64,000 nt of DNA from Candidatus Firestoneibacteriota bacterium (GCA_038042445.1 JBBTED010000027.1:42470-106469), one strand, 5' to 3'. Shown: positions 1-9,989, counted from the first letter of the stretch. Numbers and translations: made by a program. The notes: generated from the sequence alone by a model not told the origin.

Positions 1-500
1 ACCAAACCTATTCTGACAACCCCGAGTCTACCTTCAAATACAGAAACCAAAATATCAAGGATTTTTCCTTCTTCTGTATTAAGTATCTCCAGATTATACG
101 GCACAAATTTCTCTTCAAAATTCACCTTCACAAGTTCTTCTGAAACTCTATGTTCAAATGTATGAGCAACTATATGCCCATTTTTATCAAGAACAAGTAT
201 ATATCGTATATCCTTATGGCTCTGGGTTGTTTCTTTTAATAATTCGTATATTCCAAATAAATTCCCAGTTAGAAGAGGTGATGCCAACCTTGATGCCAAA
301 TCTTTAGTTATTGCAATACCTTTTTCTTCAACCTGATTTTTTAAGGATTTATAAAGCAGCACTCTTGTCTCAATTAAAGCCCCTATGCAAAATAACACAA
401 TTAAACCAAATGCTATACCCATTATTTTAAAAAATATAGGTACAGCTAACGCTTTTTCTATAAATTTACTGAAAAATTTTTTTGTTTCCAGAAACTTCAC
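1..500 (-). CDS. Sensor histidine kinase, N-terminal part (runs off the window)
   Basis: Not in the ORF track. GTG at 500 overlaps the upstream TGA (GTGA) and the frame is open to the window edge: MKFLETKK...KIMGIAFGLIVLFCIGALI (TM), then a periplasmic sensor-like region ending GVVRIGL. The kinase core is not visible. Confidence 0.65.
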   Translation of the reverse strand, partial: MKFLETKKFFSKFIEKALAVPIFFKIMGIAFGLIVLFCIGALIETRVLLYKSLKNQVEEKGIAITKDLASRLASPLLTGNLFGIYELLKETTQSHKDIRYILVLDKNGHIVAHTFEHRVSEELVKVNFEEKFVPYNLEILNTEEGKILDILVSVFEGRLGVVRIGL

Positions 501-1429
501 TGAATTGCACCTATTTCTTCTAATATTGTTTTTGCAGAATTATATATTTTACTGTCAGGGATAATAAATTTTTCTACAAAGATTTTATTTAGAATTTTTT
601 TGCCTTCTTCATCCTTGTTCATATTTAAAAATGCATCTTGTAATTTCTTTTTAATCTCATGATTGATTTTGCTTCCTGTTACAACAGGAGGAATTCCAAA
701 AGATGGAGATTTATTAATAATTTTTGTTTTTAATGCACAGATATCTTTTTGCTTTATTAAAATATCGTATACAATACTATCTACACAAGCAGCATCTGTT
801 ATTTTTTCTGCTACTGATTTTATTGAATTATCATGACTACCTGTAAATATAAATTTACTAAAGAAGTTATCTGGTGTCCAGCCTGATTTAAACAGACAAT
901 ATTTAACATAAAAATATCCTGTTAGAGAAAGTGGATCGCAAAAAGCAAAACTTTTGTTTTTCAAATCATTTAAATTTGTTAGTTCACTGTTTTTTTCTAC
1001 TATTATATATGAATAGTAATAAGGTTCTCCTTCAACTACAGGAACAGCTAAAATATCCAATGTAAAATCAACATTTGCCCTAATGTAAGCGCCTGTACAA
1101 ATAAATGCCACATCACATTCAGAATTTCTAAGTAACTCATTAACTTCCCCATAAGTATTCTTCTGCACAAGTTGAATATTTACTTCCATTTTTTTTCTGA
1201 GATATTCTATTAAATCAGCATATAGAATTAATGAAGCTTTTGGAGAAACAACAGAAGCAATAGCAAGTTTAATAGTATTATTTTTATAATCTTTATTTAA
1301 TAAATCGGTAGAGTCTACTGGCTTAAGTCTGACTTTTTTATATTCTGGAGTTTTATCGCATCCTAAAAATAGAAGCAAAAAGCATAAAATCAAAATTTTA
1401 AAATATTCTATTTTTTTGACTATTAGCAT
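497..1429 (-). CDS. PhnD-family (phosphate/phosphonate/oxyanion) substrate-binding lipoprotein
   Basis: Lipobox LFLGC; motifs YYSYIIV, FAFCDPLSLTGY, GSHDNSI, IPPVV. Confidence 0.85.
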   Translation of the reverse strand: MLIVKKIEYFKILILCFLLLFLGCDKTPEYKKVRLKPVDSTDLLNKDYKNNTIKLAIASVVSPKASLILYADLIEYLRKKMEVNIQLVQKNTYGEVNELLRNSECDVAFICTGAYIRANVDFTLDILAVPVVEGEPYYYSYIIVEKNSELTNLNDLKNKSFAFCDPLSLTGYFYVKYCLFKSGWTPDNFFSKFIFTGSHDNSIKSVAEKITDAACVDSIVYDILIKQKDICALKTKIINKSPSFGIPPVVTGSKINHEIKKKLQDAFLNMNKDEEGKKILNKIFVEKFIIPDSKIYNSAKTILEEIGAIQ

Positions 1430-1492
1430 AGCAATGATTTAAAATTCATATACCTTTAAGTAAAGAACCCAGGATTAAAACCAATTTATCCT

Positions 1493-1544
1493 GCAGGACA
1501 AGAATGTCCTGCCTATAGGTTGGGTTTTCTAACCCAACCTATAG
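1493..1544. repeat. REP-like hairpin pair
   Basis: gcaggaca-agaa-tgtcctgc next to ctataggttgggtt-ttct-aacccaacctatag. Confidence 0.7.
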
Positions 1545-1553
1545 GGTTTTTGA

Positions 1554-1748
1554 CTAATTTAGCTTTGCTATATCTTTAATTTTATTTTCCTCTTCCTTTA
1601 CTTCTTTATTAATTTCTTTCATTGAATTTTTAAATTCACCTATACTTTTGCCGATTCCCTTAGCTATTTCAGGTAATTTTTTTGCACCAAAAATCAAAAA
1701 TGCTATTGCTAATATAACTAATAATTCTGGCATTCCTATATTCCCCAT
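1554..1748 (-). CDS. tatA: Twin-arginine translocase TatA/E
   Basis: [34 protein letters not shown] signature; GGAGGTG RBS. Confidence 0.95.
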   Translation of the reverse strand: MGNIGMPELLVILAIAFLIFGAKKLPEIAKGIGKSIGEFKNSMKEINKEVKEEENKIKDIAKLN

Positions 1749-1768
1749 TTAACTCACCTCCATTTCAA

Positions 1769-1858
1769 CTACATAATACTTCCTAACCATAAAATAAAAA
1801 TTATTGCAATTATATGTAAGATCCACCATCCAGGTTTATACATCATAAATCTGTACAT
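1769..1858 (-). CDS. 29-aa single-TM peptide MYRFMMYKPGWWILHIIAIIFILWLGSIM
   Basis: AGGAG RBS upstream of ATG at 1858, TAG at 1769; fills the gap between two operon genes; resembles the last helix of the upstream protein. Confidence 0.7.
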   Translation of the reverse strand: MYRFMMYKPGWWILHIIAIIFILWLGSIM

Positions 1859-1861
1859 ACA

Positions 1862-2362
1862 TTAACTCCTCAAGAATATATTGCCTACTATATAAACAAT
1901 TGAAATGGCAATCAAATGTAGCAACCACCACCCCATATTTGGGTAACGAAAAAATCTGTCTTTGCGCTTCAATTCAGAACTTGTATTCATTATATCCAAT
2001 TCAAAAATAGCTTTTCCAAATGCAAATTTTCCAAATAATAAAATTATATCTGGTAAAGTAGTTTTTAGTATTAAATTTGAAGGTGTTATTACTTCCGGCA
2101 AATTTAAAAGTGAAAAATGTGCCATTGTAATTGTTCCTATAATCACTAACATACCATTTATCACATAAGCATATTGTGTAGTTTTAGTATAAAAAAATAA
2201 TACAGGTATAGCAAGGACACTTATAATACCTGATATAAAAGGTATTAAATGCTGTGATTCTTCAAAAGGTGGATGTATACGCAAATGCAAAAACCATCCT
2301 CCTAAAGAAATAAAAAATAACCCACTTATCAATACTATTCGTACATTTTGCTTTTGCGTCAT
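1862..2362 (-). CDS. Integral membrane protein with His residues in TM helices
   Basis: About 5 hydrophobic segments; WFLHLRIH, TMAHF, WWLLHL. Confidence 0.7.
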   Translation of the reverse strand: MTQKQNVRIVLISGLFFISLGGWFLHLRIHPPFEESQHLIPFISGIISVLAIPVLFFYTKTTQYAYVINGMLVIIGTITMAHFSLLNLPEVITPSNLILKTTLPDIILLFGKFAFGKAIFELDIMNTSSELKRKDRFFRYPNMGWWLLHLIAISIVYIVGNIFLRS

Positions 2363-2389
2363 ATATTCTAAATATTTATTGAATTTAAA

Positions 2390-2445
2390 GGTAGTCGCAG
2401 GCTTTAGCCTGCGGTTCTTTCCGCAAGCTAAAGCTTGCGGCTACC
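2390..2445. repeat. GTAG-type REP doublet
   Basis: ggtagtcgcaggctttagcctgcg ... cgcaagctaaagcttgcggctacc; related copies near 16488 and 29175. Confidence 0.8.
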
Positions 2446-2456
2446 AATTCACCGTC

Positions 2457-3092
2457 CTAAAGTTTACTGTTTTTTAAATATATTTGCTTTGCCTTACTAT
2501 AATTATCAAGTGTGTTTATATTAAAAAATGAAAGTAATTGTGTGTCAAATTGTTTTATTTCTCTTAAAGATATATTTTTTTTAATGATTTTAGCAAAAAA
2601 ATTGGTTATTTTCAAATTAGTTTTCTCTAATTGCTTTTCTATAGGTTTTATGCAATTTTTAGAATAAAATGCAAATAATGGTTCATATCCTTTTTGAAAA
2701 AAAGGAATAATAGCATCATATTTTTTATCTTTTGTAAACTTTTTCATATATTCAAGTAATTGGACATTCAAAAATGGCATATCACAAGCAGTAACAAAAT
2801 TATAAAGTGTCTTTGAATACATTAAACCTGAATAAAGCCCACCAATAGAACCTTTATCTTTGATATAATCACATACAACTTTTAAATGCAAGTCTTTATT
2901 TTTAAAAGAATTAACAATTGGTTCAATTTCTTTTTCGCGCATTTTAGAATTTACAACTACAATAATATTTTTGAAAATTTTTGCTAGTAGATTTATTCTA
3001 CGTTCAAGCATTGTTTTATTTGCAAAAGGAAGGAATATTTTGTTTGTATTGATACGCGTGCTTTTTCCACCAGCAAGAATAATTGCTGTCAT
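2457..3092 (-). CDS. mobA: Molybdenum cofactor guanylyltransferase
   Basis: IILAGGKSTR, GSIGGLYSGL, ACDMPFL, EPLFAFY, FFNINT motifs. Confidence 0.9.
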   Translation of the reverse strand: MTAIILAGGKSTRINTNKIFLPFANKTMLERRINLLAKIFKNIIVVVNSKMREKEIEPIVNSFKNKDLHLKVVCDYIKDKGSIGGLYSGLMYSKTLYNFVTACDMPFLNVQLLEYMKKFTKDKKYDAIIPFFQKGYEPLFAFYSKNCIKPIEKQLEKTNLKITNFFAKIIKKNISLREIKQFDTQLLSFFNINTLDNYSKAKQIYLKNSKL

Positions 3093-3535
3093 AGGACAGA
3101 TATTTTATCTCCAGTTTTTATTTCGCCGCCTTGCAGTACTTTGGCAAATATACCTTCTTTTGGCATCACACAATCACCAACAGCATAATATATAGCGCAG
3201 TGAGAATGACAAACCTTTCCAATTTGTGTAACTTCCAATAGAATATTTTCGCCGATTTGTATTTTGGTTCCAATTAAAAGATCTTTTAAATTTATCCATT
3301 CTGTAGTGATATTTTCTGCAAAATCTCCGGGCTTTACTTGTAAACCCTTCTCAATTATTTTATTTATACTTTCTTGAGCAAGCAAGCTTATTTGCCTATG
3401 CCAATCACCTGAATGTGCATCTCCAACAATTCCAAAGTTTTCTTTAAGACAAGCAAAAGGAATATTTTGTTTTTTTTCGCCTTTATTTTTACTTATAGAT
3501 ATTGCAATTATACTACCTGTTTGTTCACAATTCAT
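3089..3535 (-). CDS. MOSC domain protein
   Basis: GDAHSGDWHRQISLL, PGDFAENITT, QIGKVCH, CVMPKEGIF. Confidence 0.9.
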   Translation of the reverse strand: MNCEQTGSIIAISISKNKGEKKQNIPFACLKENFGIVGDAHSGDWHRQISLLAQESINKIIEKGLQVKPGDFAENITTEWINLKDLLIGTKIQIGENILLEVTQIGKVCHSHCAIYYAVGDCVMPKEGIFAKVLQGGEIKTGDKISVL

Positions 3536-5168
3536 GACATTGCCTACATTCTTTTTTTGACATTTTTAAACGGACATCTTTATGCTGGCCAAATTCATGA
3601 CAACTTATACAATCCAAACCAGCTTCAAGATGTTTTAGATGCGGCATAATTTTATTTCCATATTTTACTGTTTCCGAAGGAATTTTGATATTCAATTTTG
3701 AATGACACATAGTCATACAAAATCTTCCGTTAATCAGTATATTTTCATTCATAGAAGGTAATTCTTTTTTAAGTAAATTACCTATTTTATCCAAAGATTT
3801 ATTTGCTACCTGTAAAATCTGAACAGAATAATAGATATTATGCAAACCACGTTTTTCTGATATAAACTGTATATTGTATCGGACATCTGAAAGCAATGTA
3901 TTAGCATTATTGAAATCCGTTGAATTTTTAGGAATGGATTTAACCAAATCTTCTGCAATTTTTGATTTTGAATTAATTTCATCTAATGCATCATTTAAAA
4001 TCTTTTTCCATTCTAATACCAAACCAGTATATTTTTCACCATGACATTTAACACATGCATCTTCTTTATATTTGTATGTACTTCCATCAAATTTTGTGTT
4101 GCCATGAATTTGTTCTGAAATATGACAACCTACACAATCCACATTTGCAAGATACATAGCACTTGGCATATCTGGAACTCCTTTTGCACCTATACCTTTA
4201 TAAATCTGCTGAACACCTGTATGTTTATCTGTATGACATTTAGCACAATTAAGAGAAGTCATTTCTTTTTTAGATATAGTAGTTATAGAATGCCTCATTT
4301 CCTTATGACAATGAAAACAAGCTACATTCCTTTTTGTGATATGCTGCTCATGAATAAATTTCAAATCATTGTATTTTTGCAGTTTCTCAGGCTGATTATG
4401 ACAGGTGTAACATCTTTCCTGTGGAGCTTCACCATCCCCTTGAATAACATCTAAATGACACTTTTTACAACTCACATCTTTACCTTTTGCTGAAACAAAA
4501 TTTTTGTGATTATAAACTATATTCCCTATTGTAAAATCTGTTTCAGGAACTTTATGGCAAGAAATACATCCACCAATAGGATTAATATCACGTGCCGTTT
4601 TCTTACCCTTAAAATGGCAAAGGTAACAGGTGTCCCATGTTACTTCAACATGTTTACCAACAACCATTTGTGAATGGCAAGAAGTACATCTAAGATGTCT
4701 ACCACGACGTTCTTCAGTTAAATGATGCCTGTGGTTAAACATTATGCCTTTTTTTGTAGTAATTTTTCCTTCTAATAATCTGGTTGAATGACAACCTACC
4801 CTCAAACAAGAAGTATCTTCTATTTCAGCATAAGGTTTAGATGAATATGTCCGTGTGACATATTTGGCAACTTGTGATAAAGCCTGAAATTTTTTCCATA
4901 ATATTGTTTTAGGTTCACCAGGTGGATAGTGACATTCTACACAAGCAACATTATTATGTTTTGAATTTTTCCATGCATCATAATATGGTTTCATTATATG
5001 ACAGGATTTACAAAAAGATGGAGTGGTAGAATATTTTGCCAACCCAAGTAAAATTACAACAAGTAATATTAATAATAAACCTATTAATTTAAAAAATCTT
5101 TTTTTAAAACTAATATACCATTTTTTATCTGGTGAAATTTCTATTCCTAAAAAAGAAAGTAAGTTCAT
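3525..5168 (-). CDS. NapC/NirT-family membrane-anchored multiheme cytochrome c (13 CxxCH plus one CX4CH and one CX3CH)
   Basis: N-terminal TM followed by FCKSCHIM..W..SKH..V.CVECH; heme motifs counted by hand. Confidence 0.9.
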   Translation of the reverse strand: MNLLSFLGIEISPDKKWYISFKKRFFKLIGLLLILLVVILLGLAKYSTTPSFCKSCHIMKPYYDAWKNSKHNNVACVECHYPPGEPKTILWKKFQALSQVAKYVTRTYSSKPYAEIEDTSCLRVGCHSTRLLEGKITTKKGIMFNHRHHLTEERRGRHLRCTSCHSQMVVGKHVEVTWDTCYLCHFKGKKTARDINPIGGCISCHKVPETDFTIGNIVYNHKNFVSAKGKDVSCKKCHLDVIQGDGEAPQERCYTCHNQPEKLQKYNDLKFIHEQHITKRNVACFHCHKEMRHSITTISKKEMTSLNCAKCHTDKHTGVQQIYKGIGAKGVPDMPSAMYLANVDCVGCHISEQIHGNTKFDGSTYKYKEDACVKCHGEKYTGLVLEWKKILNDALDEINSKSKIAEDLVKSIPKNSTDFNNANTLLSDVRYNIQFISEKRGLHNIYYSVQILQVANKSLDKIGNLLKKELPSMNENILINGRFCMTMCHSKLNIKIPSETVKYGNKIMPHLKHLEAGLDCISCHEFGQHKDVRLKMSKKECRQCHEL

Positions 5169-5212
5169 ATTTTAACAGTTTTTAAATTTTTCAGTGGGTG
5201 ATTTCTTTCTAA

Positions 5213-5248
5213 AATCCCCCTTAGTCCCCCTTTTTCAAAGGGGGATTT
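5213..5248. repeat. C-rich/G-rich hairpin repeat (related copies near 23641-23675 and 42072-42108)
   Basis: aatcccccttagtccccctttttcaaagggggattt; supplies the PPLKKGD-stop end of the cytochrome ORF. Confidence 0.6.
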
Positions 5249-7086
5249 ATTATTTTTTCATTATCAATTTTTTTTCCTGTAATCCATTGCCAACTCATTG
5301 GATAGATTTCCGGGTCAAAAATTGTCCAGTAAAAATGCCAGATAATAATTGCAACAGTAGCAAGTATTGCTTCATAAAAATGAATTAGTGTGGCTAAATC
5401 AGTAATCCATAATGGCAGATATTTTAAAGTTATATTTTCAAATAAAAGCAAAATTCCTGTTACTATCATTATAATAGAACCCCATATAAGTGCCCAATAT
5501 TCAAATTTTTCCATATAATTGTACTCACGAAATTGTGGTTTTTCTTTACACAAACCAATATTATATCCAATAAATTTAAATGCATCAGTGATATCTTTGA
5601 ATACAGGAAATAATTGTGTTACTCTCTTTCTGCCTGCTTTTGTAAATACAAGATAAAAAACGTGGAATATTGCAAATAGAATAAATATAAATGCTGTCCA
5701 GTGATGAATTTCACTCCTTATTTGTGAACCTTCCTCTAAAATTCTAAATGGATATGCCCACCAACTTTCAGGATATTTTACTGCAAAACCAGTATAAGCA
5801 AGTACTGAAAAACAAATCAAAAGTCCAAAGTGTTGTATTCTTTCATTAATACTCATTCTTTTATCATTCGCTTCTTTTTTACATTTTTTGTAATGTTCTC
5901 GTAAATTTTTTAAAAAATGAATTGCATTATGAAAAATCATACCACCAATTGTTAAAAGTATTAATGATATATAGAATATTTTAACATAATATATAATTAA
6001 ATTTTTTTCTTTTGAATCTTTAGTATGTATAGAACCTGAAGCAAGCATTGCACCTGCACCAGGATGACATTTTCCACACGTCTTCGGTAGATTTACTTTA
6101 TTTATGGAGGAAAGTTTATTATCTGACATCAAAATATCATGAAATCCATGACAAGAAGCACAATTAGCTACTCTTAAATCACCAGCTTTACCTGATAATC
6201 CATGAAATGAATCTAAATATGTTTGAACTCTATCTGCAGGCAATCCAAATTTCGTAACAATTTTTTCAGAAGCATGACACCCTGAACAGGTTTTGGTTAT
6301 TGCACCAATATATACAGATGATTCTTTGTCTTTAACAGCACGTATTGTATGTTCACCATGACAATCAATACATACTGGTGCTTCTTTAACACCTGCTTTT
6401 GAAACCACACCATGAATACTTCTTTCATATACTTTAAATACATTTTCATGACATTTACTACAAGTAACTGGAATATTCTTATGAAATATTTTTGACATAG
6501 AGTTTGATGAACCATATATGTTGTGAGACCCATGACAATCAGTACATACTGCTGCATTCATTTCTCCATTTTTCAATGCCTGGCCATGAATACTGTTTCT
6601 ATAAGATTTATATGGTTCCTTTTGTGTAAGGTGAAATTTTTCCATTTTGCCTGAATTCCCATGGCAGTGTGTACAAGTATCAGGAATGTTTTTATGATAA
6701 ACCGGAGATTTTGGATTTCTGCTATTCAAAATAGTATGTGTGCTACCATGACAAGCTTTACAAGTAGCTGCTTCATTTATACCTTTAAGCTGTGCTTTTC
6801 CATGATCACTATTTAAATAGATTTCTGATTCTATTCTATGGCAGTCTTTACAAGATACAGGTTTTAATTTTTCATTATGCGGCAATTCCTTAATATCACT
6901 ATGGCAAGAAATACACAGATTATTTCCATGTATGGATTTTCCAAAAGCATTTGAATTAACCAATGGTGCGCCACTTTCTTTATCTTTATGACACACCATA
7001 CATTCTTCATTTTCCTGTGCATATAGCAACGAAGATACAAATATAAAAAAAATAAAAATCTTTGTTTTCACCCGAAAATCTCCCAT
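5221..7086 (-). CDS. Multiheme cytochrome c (11 CxxCH) fused to a C-terminal cytochrome b (FdnI/CbcL-like)
   Basis: Signal peptide after ATG at 7086 (the ORF-track extension crosses a REP); ERIQH, IHH, YMEKFEYWALIWG, IHFYEA..WHFY. Confidence 0.9.
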   Translation of the reverse strand: MGDFRVKTKIFIFFIFVSSLLYAQENEECMVCHKDKESGAPLVNSNAFGKSIHGNNLCISCHSDIKELPHNEKLKPVSCKDCHRIESEIYLNSDHGKAQLKGINEAATCKACHGSTHTILNSRNPKSPVYHKNIPDTCTHCHGNSGKMEKFHLTQKEPYKSYRNSIHGQALKNGEMNAAVCTDCHGSHNIYGSSNSMSKIFHKNIPVTCSKCHENVFKVYERSIHGVVSKAGVKEAPVCIDCHGEHTIRAVKDKESSVYIGAITKTCSGCHASEKIVTKFGLPADRVQTYLDSFHGLSGKAGDLRVANCASCHGFHDILMSDNKLSSINKVNLPKTCGKCHPGAGAMLASGSIHTKDSKEKNLIIYYVKIFYISLILLTIGGMIFHNAIHFLKNLREHYKKCKKEANDKRMSINERIQHFGLLICFSVLAYTGFAVKYPESWWAYPFRILEEGSQIRSEIHHWTAFIFILFAIFHVFYLVFTKAGRKRVTQLFPVFKDITDAFKFIGYNIGLCKEKPQFREYNYMEKFEYWALIWGSIIMIVTGILLLFENITLKYLPLWITDLATLIHFYEAILATVAIIIWHFYWTIFDPEIYPMSWQWITGKKIDNEKIINPPLKKGD

Positions 7087-7098
7087 TTTATTGTTTCT

Positions 7099-7154
7099 GT
7101 AGCTGCAAAGCAATAGCTTTGCTTTTTTTTTGCAGAGCTTCGCTCTGCCGCTAC
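7099..7154. repeat. GTAG-type REP doublet
   Basis: gtagctgcaaagc-aata-gctttgc ... gcagagc-ttc-gctctgccgctac; same family as the MITE cargo. Confidence 0.8.
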
Positions 7155-7195
7155 ACTGCCAACTGACCAAAATTTACAACTATAAATATTCTTAC

Positions 7196-9940
7196 TTATT
7201 TATATGCAAATAGCATAGCATAAATAATCCATATTACCACGCTAAAACCAAGGACTAAAGCAGTCCAACCAAATATACGTATTGCCCTTATAACAATCGG
7301 CTGATATGGTTCTACAAGATATTTTTCAAGTTCTCCACTTGCAACTAATTCTTCATATTCTTCAGGTCTGTCATTTTTTAATTCTTCAACAGAAACACGA
7401 CCTGTAAAAATACTGGTATCCATTGGAAATTTTTCCGGACGCCAGTGTGTATTAAAAAAATGCACTGTAAATATAAACCCTGCGGCAAGTAACGCCTCAT
7501 CACTATGAATAATAGTTGCAACATTTATAAACCAACCTGGCAAAAACTGTGTAAAAAACTCTGAAAACCACAGAAAAACACCTGTAAAACCAATAATAGC
7601 AATTCCCCAGAATACTGCAAAGTAATCAAATTTTTCCCAATATGTCCACCTTCCATATCTTGGCCTTTTTCCCAAACCCAAAAACCACTTTATGGATCCA
7701 ATTAAATCCAGTAAATCTTTTTTTGTAGGAAGCATAGTGTTTGTTCCTGATAACAAATTTTTCCATGTTTTAAATTCTTTACGTTTTTTTTGAAAAATAT
7801 TAAAAAGATGCGTAAAGAAAATAATAAAAAGTAAAATTGCGGCAACACGATGTATATAACCTGCTGTTTCAAAACCACCGAGAAAATGCGATACAATTGA
7901 TGACCATTTTGTATATGAGAATTTTAATGTCATACCTGTAAATGCCAGACTTATAAAACTCACAATCATTGTAATGTGTAAAATTCGTTCTAAACGTGAA
8001 AACCTCACAATCTGTTTTTCTGTTGAATATATATCTGCTTTTGGAAATTCCTTTTTATTTTTCATAGAACGTGAAAACCATAAAAGCGTATGAACACCAC
8101 TAAAAAAGAAAGTGGTGACAAGAAGAGTTGTCATCCCCCAAAAAACCCAGAAAAGATACGGATATTTTTTAGGGTCATGATGTGTTGCATGTGTTAAATA
8201 TCCTGCAAAACGTCTATTTGCACCTGAATGACATTTCTGACAAGTTTGGACAATATTCTTACGGCTTAAGTGCGAGTTTGAATCAACAACAGATAAAATA
8301 TCATGTGCCCCATGACAATCATAACATTTAGCTGTCTTTGTATAACCCAATTTCGAAATCTTGCCATGATATGTATCAAAATATGTTTTGGCAATTTCCT
8401 CATGGCATTTTCCACACACATTCATAATATTAAGCTTAAAACCATCTTCTCCTGCCCGCCTAATAGTATGAGCAGTATGACAATCCTTACACACAGGTAA
8501 TTCCTTGTCTGTTTTATTATGCAATGGGGAATGAACACTCTGGACAAATTGTTCGTAGACACCATAATGACAACGCCCACATGTTTCAGCAACCTTGTCT
8601 TTATGAATACTTGACCCAATATCACTATGTGGAAGTTCATGATGAGCTGTATGGCAATCCGAACAAGTTGCAGTAACAAGCAACCCACTTTTAAGAAGTC
8701 CCTTACCGTGAATACTCTCAGTGTAATTTTCAACAATTCTATGTTCTGTGCCAGTATATCGGATAGCTGATTTTTGTCCTGTTCTATGACACTTACCACA
8801 AAGATTTGGAACATTTAAAGGAAATATAGGTGATTTCGAATTTGTTTTTCCCATGATACCATGCGTTCCATGACATTCTTTGCAATTTGGAACATTTGGA
8901 TCATTTTTAGCAAATAATTTTCCATGGATGCTATCTTTATATTCCTCAACAACTTCAGCATGACAATTTCCACAATCAACTTTTGTTTTTATACTTTCAC
9001 AAGCACGATATTTAGAAGGATTCACATTTGAATGGCATTTACTGCAGGCAATTTTTGTGTGTTTAGAAGAAGTTAATTCCTGATAATTTACATAAAGAGA
9101 ATGTCCATCTCTTGATGCTTTTAAATCCTGTTTTGAGTGACATTTTAGACAATCCTTATCAGCCATTCCCTCTTCATAAAAAACCTTACGCACTTTATGT
9201 GGCTGATGGCAATCTACACAAGCGGGTAAAACAGAATCCTCTTTTTCCCACAACTCACCTTTGATAATTTTTCTGTGTACATCTTCAATTTGCGTATGGC
9301 ATTTATAGCATGTTGAAGCAATATTTTTACGAGATATTGAAGAACGCAAATCAGTGTGAGGTAAAATAAAATGTGATGTATGACACGATGTGCAAGTGGC
9401 AGTAACTGACAAACCCTTTTTTAGCAATCCTTCTCCATGAATACTCTCAGAATAATTCTCAAGAATTTTTGACTGATGAATGTTGCGTTGACTTTGAACA
9501 GGAGCGCCTTCTTGATGACACTTTCCACAAACAAATGGCACTTTAATTGGTGATACTGCTGAGTTTTTATCCTTAACTTTTAATATATCGTGTGTTCCGT
9601 GACAATCTTGACAAAGCGGAGCCAATTTATCGCCTTTGGCAACTGCTTTTCCATGTAAGCTTTCAGAATATAATTTCTGTTGCTCTAAATGACAATTACC
9701 GCAACTAACTTTTAATGGTTTATCATGTGGAAAATCCTTCCCTTTTAGATCACTATGGCAGGAAATACATAGATTATTTTCATGTATAGATTTTTCAAAA
9801 ACATTTGAATTAACTAATGGTGCGCCACTTTCTTTATCTTTATGACACACCATACATTCTTCATTTTCCTGTGCCTGCAAAAACATTGGTACACAGCATA
9901 AAAGGAAAATTATACTTATTTTTTGTATTCGTGAGTTCAT
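7196..9940 (-). CDS. Large multiheme cytochrome c (19 CxxCH) fused to a C-terminal cytochrome b (CbcL-like)
   Basis: Signal peptide; 19 CxxCH counted; RILH, IHR, YWEKFDYFAVFWG, IHSDEA..VHFFNTH. Confidence 0.92.
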   Translation of the reverse strand: MNSRIQKISIIFLLCCVPMFLQAQENEECMVCHKDKESGAPLVNSNVFEKSIHENNLCISCHSDLKGKDFPHDKPLKVSCGNCHLEQQKLYSESLHGKAVAKGDKLAPLCQDCHGTHDILKVKDKNSAVSPIKVPFVCGKCHQEGAPVQSQRNIHQSKILENYSESIHGEGLLKKGLSVTATCTSCHTSHFILPHTDLRSSISRKNIASTCYKCHTQIEDVHRKIIKGELWEKEDSVLPACVDCHQPHKVRKVFYEEGMADKDCLKCHSKQDLKASRDGHSLYVNYQELTSSKHTKIACSKCHSNVNPSKYRACESIKTKVDCGNCHAEVVEEYKDSIHGKLFAKNDPNVPNCKECHGTHGIMGKTNSKSPIFPLNVPNLCGKCHRTGQKSAIRYTGTEHRIVENYTESIHGKGLLKSGLLVTATCSDCHTAHHELPHSDIGSSIHKDKVAETCGRCHYGVYEQFVQSVHSPLHNKTDKELPVCKDCHTAHTIRRAGEDGFKLNIMNVCGKCHEEIAKTYFDTYHGKISKLGYTKTAKCYDCHGAHDILSVVDSNSHLSRKNIVQTCQKCHSGANRRFAGYLTHATHHDPKKYPYLFWVFWGMTTLLVTTFFFSGVHTLLWFSRSMKNKKEFPKADIYSTEKQIVRFSRLERILHITMIVSFISLAFTGMTLKFSYTKWSSIVSHFLGGFETAGYIHRVAAILLFIIFFTHLFNIFQKKRKEFKTWKNLLSGTNTMLPTKKDLLDLIGSIKWFLGLGKRPRYGRWTYWEKFDYFAVFWGIAIIGFTGVFLWFSEFFTQFLPGWFINVATIIHSDEALLAAGFIFTVHFFNTHWRPEKFPMDTSIFTGRVSVEELKNDRPEEYEELVASGELEKYLVEPYQPIVIRAIRIFGWTALVLGFSVVIWIIYAMLFAYK

Positions 9941-9989
9941 TTGATTATATTAACTATATATATCTATCATAACAGATAACAGATTTTAC

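Noticed and set aside
7087..7170. N-terminal extension of the 11-heme cytochrome
   Set aside because: It runs through a REP doublet; the signal peptide begins after 7086.
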